This document shows positions 46,102 through 55,641 of a stretch of DNA of 64,000 nucleotides, piece after piece. A program made the translations under genes and the position numbers. The notes beneath the pieces are model-generated. The model had not been told where the DNA came from and searched no databases. It saw only the letters and a list, made by a program, of their open reading frames with translations. Each line of letters opens with the position of its first letter. Positions within the stretch are counted from its first letter, which is position 1. The stretch comes from a virus: positions 1 to 64,000 of the IMG/VR virus record IMGVR_UViG_3300044611_002466. The stretch is one strand, 5' to 3'.

Positions 46102-46369
46102 TGCCCCGCAGGGCCCCCTCACGGAGTGGGCAAAGTCCGCTGGTCTCATCTCCGACGGAGCCACCGCGGCCGGCCGCGGCTTGAGCGCGTTGGGCAAAGG
46201 CGTCTGGCGGGCCGCGGGCGTAGCAGCCCCTAACCCCATCGCACGTGCAGGACTCATCGGTGCGAGCGGCCTCGCCCTCAAGACGCAGGTCCCGCAGCTT
46301 GCCGGGCGTGCGACCCAGGACTACCACTACGCCCACGGTACCACTCCAGCTACGAGTCGAGGATTCTGA
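46085..46369 (+). CDS. Small Gly/Ala-rich head protein
   Basis: WAKSAG followed by a hydrophobic segment; TGATG coupling to the next gene. Confidence 0.65.
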   Translation: MAATGSAPQGPLTEWAKSAGLISDGATAAGRGLSALGKGVWRAAGVAAPNPIARAGLIGASGLALKTQVPQLAGRATQDYHYAHGTTPATSRGF

Positions 46370-47358
46370 TGGATGCTGCGCTCATCATTGCTTTGGACGG
46401 GGCTTTCGACGAGGGCCGAGGTGGTGCGGCTGAGGTTGCCCGTACCATGAAGTTGGCTGGCATGTTGGGGCTGCAGAAGGAGGCGCTCAATCTCCCGCCC
46501 AGCGTGATGAACGCCCTCGGCAAGCTCGCGCCTTCCGACACGACGCGCAGCGCCGTCATCAACGGGCTCGCGACCAGCGGCGCGATCGGGGCAGCGGGGC
46601 TGGGCACCCGCGCCCTCTTCTCCGGAGCGCGCGCCTTGGGGGAGCGCTTCTCCAAGAAGAAGGACCTCGAGAAGATCCTGGAGACCTTCCCCCGTCTGAA
46701 GGAGTACCCGCGGGCAGAGGTGGAGCTGGCGTACAACTCCATCAGGCACATGAACCCGCACATCGCGGCCGACCCCCTCGCCGGCGGCTCCCTCCTCGGG
46801 CAGGTGTTGCGTCAACGCGACTCGTTGGACCCGAAGACGATGCGAATGGAGGTCGACCTCGCGGGGAACCTGTTGCGCCTCCGTCCCGAGGACCAGCACA
46901 TCGGAGAGGAGATCGTGCGCGACGCCGTGAGCACCGGCATGGCCATGGGGTTCCAAGAGGCCGCCAAAACGCGCGATCGTCAGATGGCGGAGGCATTTCA
47001 GCGCGCCGAGAACAAGCAGAACCGCGACGCTGCGACGGACGCGCAGACGCGTCAGCTGCGCGCCCAGGGCGGCCAGGCGCAGGCCAGCCTGAACCTCAAG
47101 AAGCAGGAGATGGCCAACCGCGCCAAGGAGATGGCCGCCGCGCGTGCAGCGGCCGAGCGGGACTCGAAGACCGAACACGGACGTCGCGTCTCCCTTGCTG
47201 AGCAGATGCAGAAGTTTCAGCGCGACGAGAACATCGACAGCCACGAGAGGCAGGATCGACGCGAGGGCATCAAGGCGACGTTGCGAGGCACCGTCCCCGG
47301 GCCGACCACTCCAACGCTCAATCAGATCCTCGCCAAATACCCCCACCTGCGCCCCTAA
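46369..47358 (+). CDS. Head protein with KxA motifs, hydrophobic segment and coiled-coil
   Basis: MKLAG, QKEAL, GKLAP. Confidence 0.7.
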   Translation: MDAALIIALDGAFDEGRGGAAEVARTMKLAGMLGLQKEALNLPPSVMNALGKLAPSDTTRSAVINGLATSGAIGAAGLGTRALFSGARALGERFSKKKDLEKILETFPRLKEYPRAEVELAYNSIRHMNPHIAADPLAGGSLLGQVLRQRDSLDPKTMRMEVDLAGNLLRLRPEDQHIGEEIVRDAVSTGMAMGFQEAAKTRDRQMAEAFQRAENKQNRDAATDAQTRQLRAQGGQAQASLNLKKQEMANRAKEMAAARAAAERDSKTEHGRRVSLAEQMQKFQRDENIDSHERQDRREGIKATLRGTVPGPTTPTLNQILAKYPHLRP

Positions 47359-49248
47359 ATGGACAAGTACTTCCAGCTCCACGGGAAGGTCGCCGATGGG
47401 CGCCCGCTGATTCACCTGGTGGAACCCGGCTCGAGGTATGGGGCGGGCGAGTCTGCTGGCCTGCAGAAGGTCGCCAACGGGGAGCATCTGCCTGAGGTGC
47501 TGGAGCTCATCGAGGCCATCCAGCCACAGCCGGATCGCATCTACCTCGTAAACAGCGCACTCGGCGCCGGCGAGTACGTGGGCTTCAACCTGCGCGGTGA
47601 CTGGTTCGGGGAGAAGGGCCTGCTCCACACCCCGCCAGGGTGGGATCGGATCCCGGTGTGGGATGTGGAGGCGCGGCGACGCGCGGCGAGTGCGACTGCG
47701 CAGGCCGGAGAGTGGGGCTCCCTGGCGTGGGGCTACCCCACGTTCATGAACGCACACCGGTTTCGCCACCATGTGAACAAGGACCCAGAGAGGGCGTACG
47801 GCTACGTTCTCGGGGCGTTCTGGGACGCACGCATGCACCGCGTGGTCCTGGTCTCCGAGCTGGTCCGCGACATGTGCATGCGCCTGGGCGCAGTGGATCT
47901 CTACGATCGCATCGCTGGCGGGGAGTTCCCCGATACCTCGATGGGCGCGAAGGTGCCGTACGATCGCTGCTCGATCTGCAACCACTACGCACGCTCGCCC
48001 GCAGAGTACTGCCTCCACGTACGTCAGGGCGCACCGCCCCCCTACGGAATGCGTTCGATCCTCCGCGACGGACGCATGTGCGGCGTCTACAACGACTACC
48101 CGCGGTTCTTCGATGACTCGTTCGTCTTCGTGGGGGCGGAGCGGTCGGCCAAGATGCTGGCCAACATCACCTCGCGACTGCGAGGCTCCTACCCCTACAC
48201 GAACCAGCTGTACCAACCGGGGGCGTTCGTCTCGACACGAGACGCCACCGCCGCTGCCGTCACGTCCCCCCTTGATGAGCGCAGCGAGGGGCTGGGCCTC
48301 GCCGTGGCCCGCGTCCTCAACTCCAGGGTACGGGGACCGACGGAAGGTCGAGTGGGTGAGGCCATCTCGCAGGCGCTGTCCGCCTTCCCGACGAAGGACG
48401 ACGCCGAAGCAAAGGCTCTTCGGCATGCCGAGGAGTCCCTGCGTCGACGAGCCGCAGTCACGGATGGCACAGTCTCGGAGGATGAATACAGGTTCTGGGA
48501 GGGCAATGCCTCCAAGGACCTGACCATCACGCACGGGGTAACTACCGCGCAGAGGGACCGGGCGATTGCCCTTCTGCGCTCCCGGATGGATCAGAGCGTC
48601 GAGAAGGTCGGAACGCTGGCAAAATGGGCCACTTTGACGAAGCGGCTGTCCGTACCGAGCGCGGCCCAAAGCGCCCTCCTTCGGGATCATGTGGGCCGGC
48701 TGTCGCCCGTGCTGCCGCAGCAGGTGTACGACGCGTGCAGCTCCTCGGTGCCTGGCATGTGGGGCGGACTGTCCGACCTGTCTGCGCTCGGCGTCGTCCT
48801 TCGTCCGGAGGAGTTCCAGCAGTGTGCGCTGCGTGGAATGGGCGAGGACGCGCTGCAGGAGCGCTGCACGCGGGAGGGACTTCGCTTTCAGAGCACCCCG
48901 CGGGACCCCTACCACGAGCCCCGCTGGATTCCATCCGACCCAAGACCGGGCAATCTACAGCTCCTGACGCGGGCCCTGGGCGCGATGGTTCGGGAGCGCT
49001 CGTTTGCCCCCGCCGTTGTGCAGATGCGCATCCAGGCACCCCCGCCCACTCGAGCCGACAATCCAGGAACCGCCCTGGATCACCCGATCTTGAATCAGGT
49101 GTCTCAGCTGTATAATGACTACCGGATGGGGCTGTTGACGCGGAGCATCCCCCAGGGGTATGTATCGGTGGACGTCCACAGCGCGGGTAAGACCGCTTCG
49201 ACAGCAGAGGCAGTCTCCACTCTCCTCTTCCATCTTGCGTACTGGTAG
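47359..49248 (+). CDS. Prohead maturation protease (assemblin/HK97-like serine protease fold)
   Basis: FRHHVN (His), DTSMG (Ser), FFDDSFVFVGAERSA (equivalent of E.S.V..PA...A); CSIC...C.H insertion. Confidence 0.7.
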   Translation: MDKYFQLHGKVADGRPLIHLVEPGSRYGAGESAGLQKVANGEHLPEVLELIEAIQPQPDRIYLVNSALGAGEYVGFNLRGDWFGEKGLLHTPPGWDRIPVWDVEARRRAASATAQAGEWGSLAWGYPTFMNAHRFRHHVNKDPERAYGYVLGAFWDARMHRVVLVSELVRDMCMRLGAVDLYDRIAGGEFPDTSMGAKVPYDRCSICNHYARSPAEYCLHVRQGAPPPYGMRSILRDGRMCGVYNDYPRFFDDSFVFVGAERSAKMLANITSRLRGSYPYTNQLYQPGAFVSTRDATAAAVTSPLDERSEGLGLAVARVLNSRVRGPTEGRVGEAISQALSAFPTKDDAEAKALRHAEESLRRRAAVTDGTVSEDEYRFWEGNASKDLTITHGVTTAQRDRAIALLRSRMDQSVEKVGTLAKWATLTKRLSVPSAAQSALLRDHVGRLSPVLPQQVYDACSSSVPGMWGGLSDLSALGVVLRPEEFQQCALRGMGEDALQERCTREGLRFQSTPRDPYHEPRWIPSDPRPGNLQLLTRALGAMVRERSFAPAVVQMRIQAPPPTRADNPGTALDHPILNQVSQLYNDYRMGLLTRSIPQGYVSVDVHSAGKTASTAEAVSTLLFHLAYW

Positions 49249-49306
49249 GTAGCCACCATAGTGGCGATAGAAGCCCTCCTCTCTGCGAACACCTCGGAGC
49301 TCCCAG

Positions 49307-50377
49307 ATGAACCCCCTCAGCCAGGCCCTCGAGCAGCACAACATCACCCCCGAGGACCTGGAGAAGGCCGCAGGTGTGCGGATCTTCCAGAAGGTCGCGG
49401 CCGCCGAGGGCATCGACCTCGCCCAGCTCTCCGATGCGCAGATCGAGGAGCTCTTCGCCCACTTCGAGGCCAGCGTCCTTCCGGAGATCGTCGGCGGCGA
49501 GCCCAGCACCGAGGCCAAGGTGGCATCCCTGAGCCAGGAGGAAGTCTTCGACCTCTTCGACAAGCAGGCCGCCGCTGAGGGCCTCGATCTCTCCGACGCC
49601 TCCGAAGAGCAGCTCGTCGCCGCCCTCGGGTACTTCATGGAGAACGTCCTCCCGGCGATGGCCGAGAACGGCTTCGAGCCCGTCGGCGCGGAGAAGAGCG
49701 CGGAGGCCGAGGAGGCCCAGGCCAAGCTCGCCGAGGCCGACATCCTCGGCCGGCAGATGGCGCGCGGCTACATGGACGAGATCGGCAAGATCGCGGGAGC
49801 GGGGGACGCAGCCAAGGCCCTCCTCTCGCGCGGCGCGGCCGCTGTTCGCCAGGGCGGCCACCTGCTCAGCGGGAAGAAGCTCCAGGGTGCCGGTGCCGCT
49901 GCTCTCGGCGCCGGAACGGCCGCTCTCGGTGCCGGTGGTGCGGCCCTCGGCGCCAAGAAGCTGATGGGCAGCAAGAAGGAGGCCGGTGCCCCCGCCCCCG
50001 CCATCTCGCTCAGCGCCGAGGACGTCGAGATCCTGCAGCAGCTCTCGGAGTCCGGGGACCTCGCCGGCCTGCAGAAGGCGGCCGGCATCATCAAGAACGC
50101 GGCCGCGGCGCAGATCGGCTCCGCCAAGCCCGGCATCGGCGAACGCATCCGGGGCGCCGCGTCGCGGGGCGTCGCCCTTGCGCGGGCGCACCCTCGGGCC
50201 GCTGCCGGTATCGCGGTCGGCGGCGCCGCCGCCACCGGTGGCGCCGCCGCCCTCGCTCATCGCATGAAGTCGAAGTCCACGGAGAAGGACGCCAGCGCCG
50301 CCCTTGATGTCCTGGTCGAGGAGCGCGCCGCGGAGCTCGCCTCGGGCTGGCTCACCGACAACGGCTACGGCTCGTAG
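49307..50377 (+). CDS. Head scaffold/internal protein with more than 10 KxA motifs and an internal duplication
   Basis: EKAAG, QKVAA, AKVAS, DKQAA, EKSAE, AKLAE, GKIAG, KKEAG, QKAAG, EKDAS. Confidence 0.75.
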   Translation: MNPLSQALEQHNITPEDLEKAAGVRIFQKVAAAEGIDLAQLSDAQIEELFAHFEASVLPEIVGGEPSTEAKVASLSQEEVFDLFDKQAAAEGLDLSDASEEQLVAALGYFMENVLPAMAENGFEPVGAEKSAEAEEAQAKLAEADILGRQMARGYMDEIGKIAGAGDAAKALLSRGAAAVRQGGHLLSGKKLQGAGAAALGAGTAALGAGGAALGAKKLMGSKKEAGAPAPAISLSAEDVEILQQLSESGDLAGLQKAAGIIKNAAAAQIGSAKPGIGERIRGAASRGVALARAHPRAAAGIAVGGAAATGGAAALAHRMKSKSTEKDASAALDVLVEERAAELASGWLTDNGYGS

Positions 50378-50379
50378 TG

Positions 50380-50580
50380 ATGCTGCCGCTGTCACAGCTG
50401 AGGGTGTTTGCGGGGGAGGTGGGCAAGCTCGCCGGACTCACCACGCACCCAGCCGTGGCAGCGGGCGCAACAAAGCGGTTGCTGGGTTCGACCCCCTCCG
50501 CGCCTACGTCAGGGCTCGCGCAGACGGCCAAGATCACATCTCCCGCGGCCCTCGTTGCTCCTCCCAACACCTTCGCCTGA
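50380..50580 (+). CDS. Small head protein
   Basis: VGKLAG; tight packing. Confidence 0.55.
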   Translation: MLPLSQLRVFAGEVGKLAGLTTHPAVAAGATKRLLGSTPSAPTSGLAQTAKITSPAALVAPPNTFA

Positions 50581-50590
50581 GGCGTCCGTC

Positions 50591-51841
50591 ATGTCCGTAC
50601 AGCAAATCGTCAACGAGGCCCTGCAGCGCGCACGCTCCACGGCCGGAGGCGGTACCGGTACCGCTGCCACCAAGACCGCTTCGGCCGAGGACGCCCTGAT
50701 CAAGACGGCGCATCAGCTGGCGGACGCCAACGAATGGATCGCGCTCAGTGCGGCCGACGACGGCACCGCTGGCGGACGAGCCCGCCGAGGGCTCGTCGAG
50801 AACTTCTTCAAGAGTGCCGGAGGCGAGAAGGTCCCCGGCCCGGTGCAGAGCGAGTCTCCCACCGGCACCCAGGCGGTGCCTCCGCAGTCTGGCGCGAAGA
50901 AGATCCTGCCGCTCGGCAAGGCCAGCGGTGACTCCCCGGAGGAGTCGGGTGCGCCGACCGGCACCCAGGCCACTCTGGACCAGACCGGCACCAAGAAGGC
51001 CGGCATGACGCTGCTGGACGCGATCACCAAGAGCGCGGACACGTCGGCCATTCCCGGCCCCAAGCAGAGTGTGGCCGGCGAGAACGCCGCGGCCCCGCCG
51101 CCGAAGAACGAGAACACCAACATCGGTGCCCTTCGCTCTGCTGAGGGAATGGTCTCCATGACGCGGAGGGAGGCGAAGGCCCCCACGCGAGATCGCCTGA
51201 AGCAGCTCTTCGCCCACGCCGGAGACACCGGCCCCTCGAGCGCCGCGGCCCAGGCCGCCTTCCCCAACGCCTACGCCAAGGGAGGGATGAAGGAGGCAGC
51301 CGCCGACCCGCGTGACGCGATCGACGACAAGCTGCTCGGTGAGTCCAAAGCCTCCATGCGGGAAAGCGGCATCAAGGCCGTGAACACGGCCGGTCATGCC
51401 GGTCGTGGGGCGGTCCATGGTGCCTTGGGCGGGGCCGCTGGCGGAATCCTGGCTGGCAGTGGCGTCGGTCTTGGCGTTGGCGCCCTTGGCGGCGCCCTCT
51501 CCCAGGGCGCTCGTGCACGTGGCGGTCTGGGCAGTCGTCTTGCCGGCGCTGGCCTCGGGGCCCTTGTCGGCGGGGCCGCCGGCGGGGTCACTGGAGGCAT
51601 GATCGGTGCCGTGCCCGGGGGCCTTGCGGGCGGTATCTCTGGCGGCATCAGCGGGCATCGAGCCGGTCAGCGAGAGCAGCGCGCCATGGATGCCGCCGAA
51701 GCCGCTCACGAGAAGCTCGATGCACGCGAGAAGAAGGCCTCCGTCTCCGACTACGCCAAGCTCGCCTCCCTCGCGGAATCTGGTAGCCTCGGTGACGCGG
51801 CTCGAGAGCTGATCCGCTTCGCGGATGGCCTCGTCACCTGA
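50591..51841 (+). CDS. Head internal protein with KxA motifs and a long glycine zipper
   Basis: TKTAS, IKTAH, FKSAG, KKAG, TKSAD, MKEAA, KKAS, AKLAS; GxxxG tract. Confidence 0.75.
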   Translation: MSVQQIVNEALQRARSTAGGGTGTAATKTASAEDALIKTAHQLADANEWIALSAADDGTAGGRARRGLVENFFKSAGGEKVPGPVQSESPTGTQAVPPQSGAKKILPLGKASGDSPEESGAPTGTQATLDQTGTKKAGMTLLDAITKSADTSAIPGPKQSVAGENAAAPPPKNENTNIGALRSAEGMVSMTRREAKAPTRDRLKQLFAHAGDTGPSSAAAQAAFPNAYAKGGMKEAAADPRDAIDDKLLGESKASMRESGIKAVNTAGHAGRGAVHGALGGAAGGILAGSGVGLGVGALGGALSQGARARGGLGSRLAGAGLGALVGGAAGGVTGGMIGAVPGGLAGGISGGISGHRAGQREQRAMDAAEAAHEKLDAREKKASVSDYAKLASLAESGSLGDAARELIRFADGLVT

Positions 51842-52074
51842 TGCTGTCCCAACTCCTCCAGACCATCGAGAAGCGCGCGGGTACGGACCCCCAGGCTGCT
51901 GCGTTTCGCGCGCTCTCGGTACTCCCCAAGGCGGCGTCGGCCGATGATCTCTCCGTGGAGACGGACGAGGAGGGACGGGCACGCCGAGTGGGAGAGTTCT
52001 TGCGCCGACGCAACTCGAGCGGGCTGTTGAACGGTTCCGCCTCCCCCACACCCCCGAAGGACACCGCTCCATGA
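51841..52074 (+). CDS. Small head protein
   Basis: IEKRAG, LPKAAS; coupled by overlaps on both sides. Confidence 0.6.
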   Translation: MLSQLLQTIEKRAGTDPQAAAFRALSVLPKAASADDLSVETDEEGRARRVGEFLRRRNSSGLLNGSASPTPPKDTAP

Positions 52075-52445
52075 GTTCCGAAGTAGACGGCGTCACCGCC
52101 GTTGCCGCGCAGTCGGCAACCGTGCTGCGTCAGCTGGCGACCAAGTGCGCCTCCCAGGCTGTCGAGCTCACTGCCCTTCGCGAGAAGGTGGCGAATCAGG
52201 ACCGTGCGGAAGAGATCCGCGGTCTTGCGAGGGAGATGGAGGCACGCGGGCTGTCCCCCGAGCTTGCGATGGACGAGAAGATCGCGGCCATCTCGAAGTA
52301 CCCCGACCTCACCCTGGTGCGTGAGTCGATCAAGCTCGCCGGCGGTGGTCGTCTCGACATGGCGCGGGTGGAAGAGTCCTCAACCCCTTCCACCGCCGGC
52401 GCCGACAACGAGTTCGTCCAGTACTGCCTCGGGTACCAATCCTGA
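52071..52445 (+). CDS. Putative scaffolding protein
   Basis: Coiled-coil; ATKCAS, EKIAA, IKLAG; short C-terminal helix FVQYCLG; immediately before the decoration/MCP genes. Confidence 0.55.
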   Translation: MSSEVDGVTAVAAQSATVLRQLATKCASQAVELTALREKVANQDRAEEIRGLAREMEARGLSPELAMDEKIAAISKYPDLTLVRESIKLAGGGRLDMARVEESSTPSTAGADNEFVQYCLGYQS

Positions 52446-52504
52446 ATCCTTCAAGCTCCCACGACCCTGCGTTACAGTAGGGACAGCCCCTTCGCGAGGA
52501 CACC

Positions 52505-53041
52505 ATGGCCGGAAAGTACATCACCATCATCAACCCCGGATACTCTGCGCTCTTCACGCGGGACCTGCCGTACTTGGCTGGCTCTGGCGAGAGCGCGAGC
52601 ATCAACCCCTTCAGCCCCTCGGACAGCCGTGCGCTGGTCGAAGGCGAGTGGCTCGAGCTCGTCGCGTCCGGCACCGCCAACAAGTACACCCGCGGCGGCA
52701 ACAACGTGGTGACCACCCCCGACACCCCCGACGGTGAGGGCACCGTCCCCGCCTTCCTCTACTTCATGGAGGAGGGACGCTACGACGCGCAGGTGTCGGG
52801 CCAGGCGCACTGTATCCGGGGCCCCGGGCTGTTCGAGTTCCGCACCAAGCTGTGCCGCTCCGCCGGCCTGTCCATCAACTCCAAGGTCTCCGTGTGGGAC
52901 TGGGACGGCGGTGGTTCGAGCCCCGGCGCCTACGGCTGCGTGCGGCGCGCGCTCGCGATCCACAGCGCCGGTTGGTCGGTGGGCCGCGTCTCGCGGATCT
53001 ACGGCACCAACGACATCTCCGTCATCTACGGCATGCAGTAG
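52505..53041 (+). CDS. Putative capsid decoration/cement protein
   Basis: 178-aa beta-rich protein directly upstream of MCP. Confidence 0.5.
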   Translation: MAGKYITIINPGYSALFTRDLPYLAGSGESASINPFSPSDSRALVEGEWLELVASGTANKYTRGGNNVVTTPDTPDGEGTVPAFLYFMEEGRYDAQVSGQAHCIRGPGLFEFRTKLCRSAGLSINSKVSVWDWDGGGSSPGAYGCVRRALAIHSAGWSVGRVSRIYGTNDISVIYGMQ

Positions 53042-53100
53042 GATTCGCTGCAACATGCGGTACCAGCACCCCTCCATCCTGATCCCCTGAGGACACCACC

Positions 53101-54267
53101 ATGAGCATGATCGAAGGCGCTGGCTCCGCCGGAGCCATGAATGCCGGCTTCATTGAGCGGCTCGAAAGCGACGGGGCGACCAAGTGCGCCGCGCAGAGCC
53201 TCAACTTCATCCGGGACCGCATCCGCGAAGGGTGCTTCACGGACATGATCATCCCGAACGAGCGTGTCGTGCGCGGCGATCTGCAGCGCTCCACCGAGCA
53301 CGACGGCCTCGTGCGGATCGTGGACATCGAGCCCGGCTCCCGGGCGATGGCGTGCACCTTCCGCGGGCAGCCCGAGACCACCTACGTCTCCGGCAAGCGC
53401 TTCGCGATCGGCTTCTCCACCGTCTCGAGTCTCAAGTTCGAGATCGTCGAACAGGAGCTCATGGCCTACGAGATGCCGGTGACGCGCATCATGGAGGAGA
53501 ACTCCCTCAAGGACATGGTGGAGGTCAAGGACCGCACCTTCCTGGGCCACACCGAGACCTCCGTGGAGGCCATGCAGGAGGAGGCCAACGGCTCCGTTGT
53601 CGGCTTCAACACCAGCAACGTGAACGCGGGAACCTGTCTCGAAGTCTCGAAGGTCAAGGGGTCCATGGCCCTCCAGATGGCCTCCGACAACTTCGTCGTC
53701 AAGGCGATCCAGCGCCCGGACATCGTCAAGATCAAGCGCCTCCTGAAGCGCGTGATCACCGACGGCTCCGGGAACATGGTCCGGCGTGGCCGCCTGCGCC
53801 CCGAGGTCATGCTCGCCTGCGAGTCGGACATCGACGAGTTCGACTCCTGGACGCACGAGGACCTGGGCTCCAAGCTGCAGTCCGAGACCATGGTGGACGG
53901 CTGGAGCTACGCCAAGGCGATCGGCCTGCGCATCGTGAAGACGATCAAGAACGACCTCCTCCGGGAAGGGAACATCTACGTCTTCACCAGCGCGCAGTAC
54001 TTCGGCCGGAACTATACGTTGAATGACGTGAAGTTCTACATCGACAAGGTCGCGAACCGCATCTCGTGGCAGGCGTGGATGGACATCGGCATGGGCATCG
54101 CGAACATCGCCTCGGTGGTGAAGCTCGAGCTCTACTCCGGGTCCGTCACCACCGGAGACACCGACAGCGGCTACGCCGCTGCCATCCCGGTGGAGATCGA
54201 AGACATGGGCGGGGTGAACAACAAGGTGGCCGAGGGCCTCACCTTCCCGCACATCTCCCTCTACTGA
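53101..54267 (+). CDS. Major capsid protein (HK97-fold expected)
   Basis: 388 aa; very strong GC3 bias; RDRIREGCF..IIP N-arm, VRIVDIEP, E-loop-like FRGQP; followed by a strong terminator. Confidence 0.75.
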   Translation: MSMIEGAGSAGAMNAGFIERLESDGATKCAAQSLNFIRDRIREGCFTDMIIPNERVVRGDLQRSTEHDGLVRIVDIEPGSRAMACTFRGQPETTYVSGKRFAIGFSTVSSLKFEIVEQELMAYEMPVTRIMEENSLKDMVEVKDRTFLGHTETSVEAMQEEANGSVVGFNTSNVNAGTCLEVSKVKGSMALQMASDNFVVKAIQRPDIVKIKRLLKRVITDGSGNMVRRGRLRPEVMLACESDIDEFDSWTHEDLGSKLQSETMVDGWSYAKAIGLRIVKTIKNDLLREGNIYVFTSAQYFGRNYTLNDVKFYIDKVANRISWQAWMDIGMGIANIASVVKLELYSGSVTTGDTDSGYAAAIPVEIEDMGGVNNKVAEGLTFPHISLY

Positions 54268-54281
54268 GGACGGTCGGGGTG

Positions 54282-54319
54282 GAAGGGCCTGGTGCGTTGC
54301 GCCAGGCCCTTCGTGTTTT
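54282..54319 (+). terminator. Rho-independent terminator after MCP
   Basis: GAAGGGCCTGG/CCAGGCCCTTC 11-bp stem followed by GTGTTTT. Confidence 0.8.
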
Positions 54320-54392
54320 AGCGAGACGCCCGACATCTCCCACATGCCCGCACCGAACCGCCGGGCTACAATCGCGTGACTGGAGCCACCAC

Positions 54393-55154
54393 ATGCGCTT
54401 GCTTGCCATCAACACGTTCGCGGACCCGAGCACGGCGCACATCCGCCGGCGGTTCCCAGGAAAGGTCCTGGGACGGCCTGTGATCAACACGCTGCCGCTG
54501 GCTTCAGGAGGGCGCCGCGTCCTGCCCGTGGAGATGCTCACGGAGAGTGTCGTCGCGCAGCTCGAGTACTTGGTCTCCATCGGGAACATCAAGGTCGTCG
54601 AGCTGGGAGCGCGCACTCCCGTCAACTTCGCCGAACTTCGGCGACGGCTGCGTCTCCCGCCGGCGCCGAGCTCCGAATCGTCGACTCCCGCGTCCCCTGA
54701 CCCTGCAGTTCCCCCGGAGAGTCTCGAGGAGTCGACGATCTCTCCCAAGGTGTTGTCGGTCGAGGAGGAGTGCAGCTACTGCCATGAGCCCTTCCCCGTC
54801 CCCGTCGAGCTGCATCACGCTGCAGAGGAGTGTGTGCCGACGGAGCAGACCGAAGCGGCACCTCCCGTAGACCTCGACCTGGTGCTGGCCGTCATCGAGA
54901 CCGCCCCGCCGGTCCCTCCTCCGGCCGAGCCAGAGCCCGGACCGGGGGAGACGTTCGTGCTCCCCGGGGACATCGACGGGCTCATCCGCGGCGCCAAGAA
55001 CAAGGCCCTCGTGGCGATTCTCGCCATCTTCGGGAAGTCCGGCGCCGGCAAGAGCAAGCTCGCTCTTGTGTCGGAGGTGTCCGAGGTGCTCAGCGGGGAC
55101 CCGGATCCCCTTCTCGCCAACCGCGCTGTCGCGCTCCTGCGTTCGAGGGACTGA
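54393..55154 (+). CDS. Hypothetical virion protein with C-terminal HeH/SAP-like segment
   Basis: ATG 54393 with GGAG RBS and TACAAT upstream; Pro/Glu-rich linker. Confidence 0.65.
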   Translation: MRLLAINTFADPSTAHIRRRFPGKVLGRPVINTLPLASGGRRVLPVEMLTESVVAQLEYLVSIGNIKVVELGARTPVNFAELRRRLRLPPAPSSESSTPASPDPAVPPESLEESTISPKVLSVEEECSYCHEPFPVPVELHHAAEECVPTEQTEAAPPVDLDLVLAVIETAPPVPPPAEPEPGPGETFVLPGDIDGLIRGAKNKALVAILAIFGKSGAGKSKLALVSEVSEVLSGDPDPLLANRAVALLRSRD

Positions 55155-55157
55155 GCC

Positions 55158-55637
55158 ATGCGGATCTCGATCCACAACATCTCTGACCGACCCAACACCC
55201 CCGGAGGGCCGGTGTCCATCAACCTGGGCGGGGTCAAGCTGCGCCCCGGTCAGTGTGTGCTGGTTGACGACTCTGTACTGAACCAGAAGCATCGCGACCT
55301 CCACGGCACCCGCTTGTGGTTCGGGGAGCTTCCGGATCGCTTTGTGCGTACGAGTCGCGCAGCGTTGCGACTTGCCCGAGAGGATGCGGCCCCGTCCAAC
55401 GCGCTCGACCTCGTCGGGGCTCGCGCGTACCTCGAGGGCTGCTCGCTTGAGGACCTGCTCACGATGGCCCAGGCGTGCTCCCCTCCTGTCGATCTTCGCC
55501 CAGGGCTCACGAAGGCGGCCGCCCTCTCCCGCCTCAGCCGTGCGCTCTTCCAGGCGGAGCGGGAGCTTGACCCGGAGACGTTCTTCTGGCTCGGTCGTTG
55601 GACCAGCACCCGCAGTGGCTTCATCCCGCGGGAGTAG
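55158..55637 (+). CDS. Hypothetical virion protein with HeH/Rho-N-like segment
   Basis: LEDLLTMA...LRPGLTKAAALSRL. Confidence 0.65.
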   Translation: MRISIHNISDRPNTPGGPVSINLGGVKLRPGQCVLVDDSVLNQKHRDLHGTRLWFGELPDRFVRTSRAALRLAREDAAPSNALDLVGARAYLEGCSLEDLLTMAQACSPPVDLRPGLTKAAALSRLSRALFQAERELDPETFFWLGRWTSTRSGFIPRE

Positions 55638-55641
55638 ACAC

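Noticed and set aside
55030-55065. Perfect P-loop pattern GKSGAGKS
   Set aside because: It is about 30 aa from the C-terminus, with no preceding beta-strand core or Walker B, so it cannot form an NTPase
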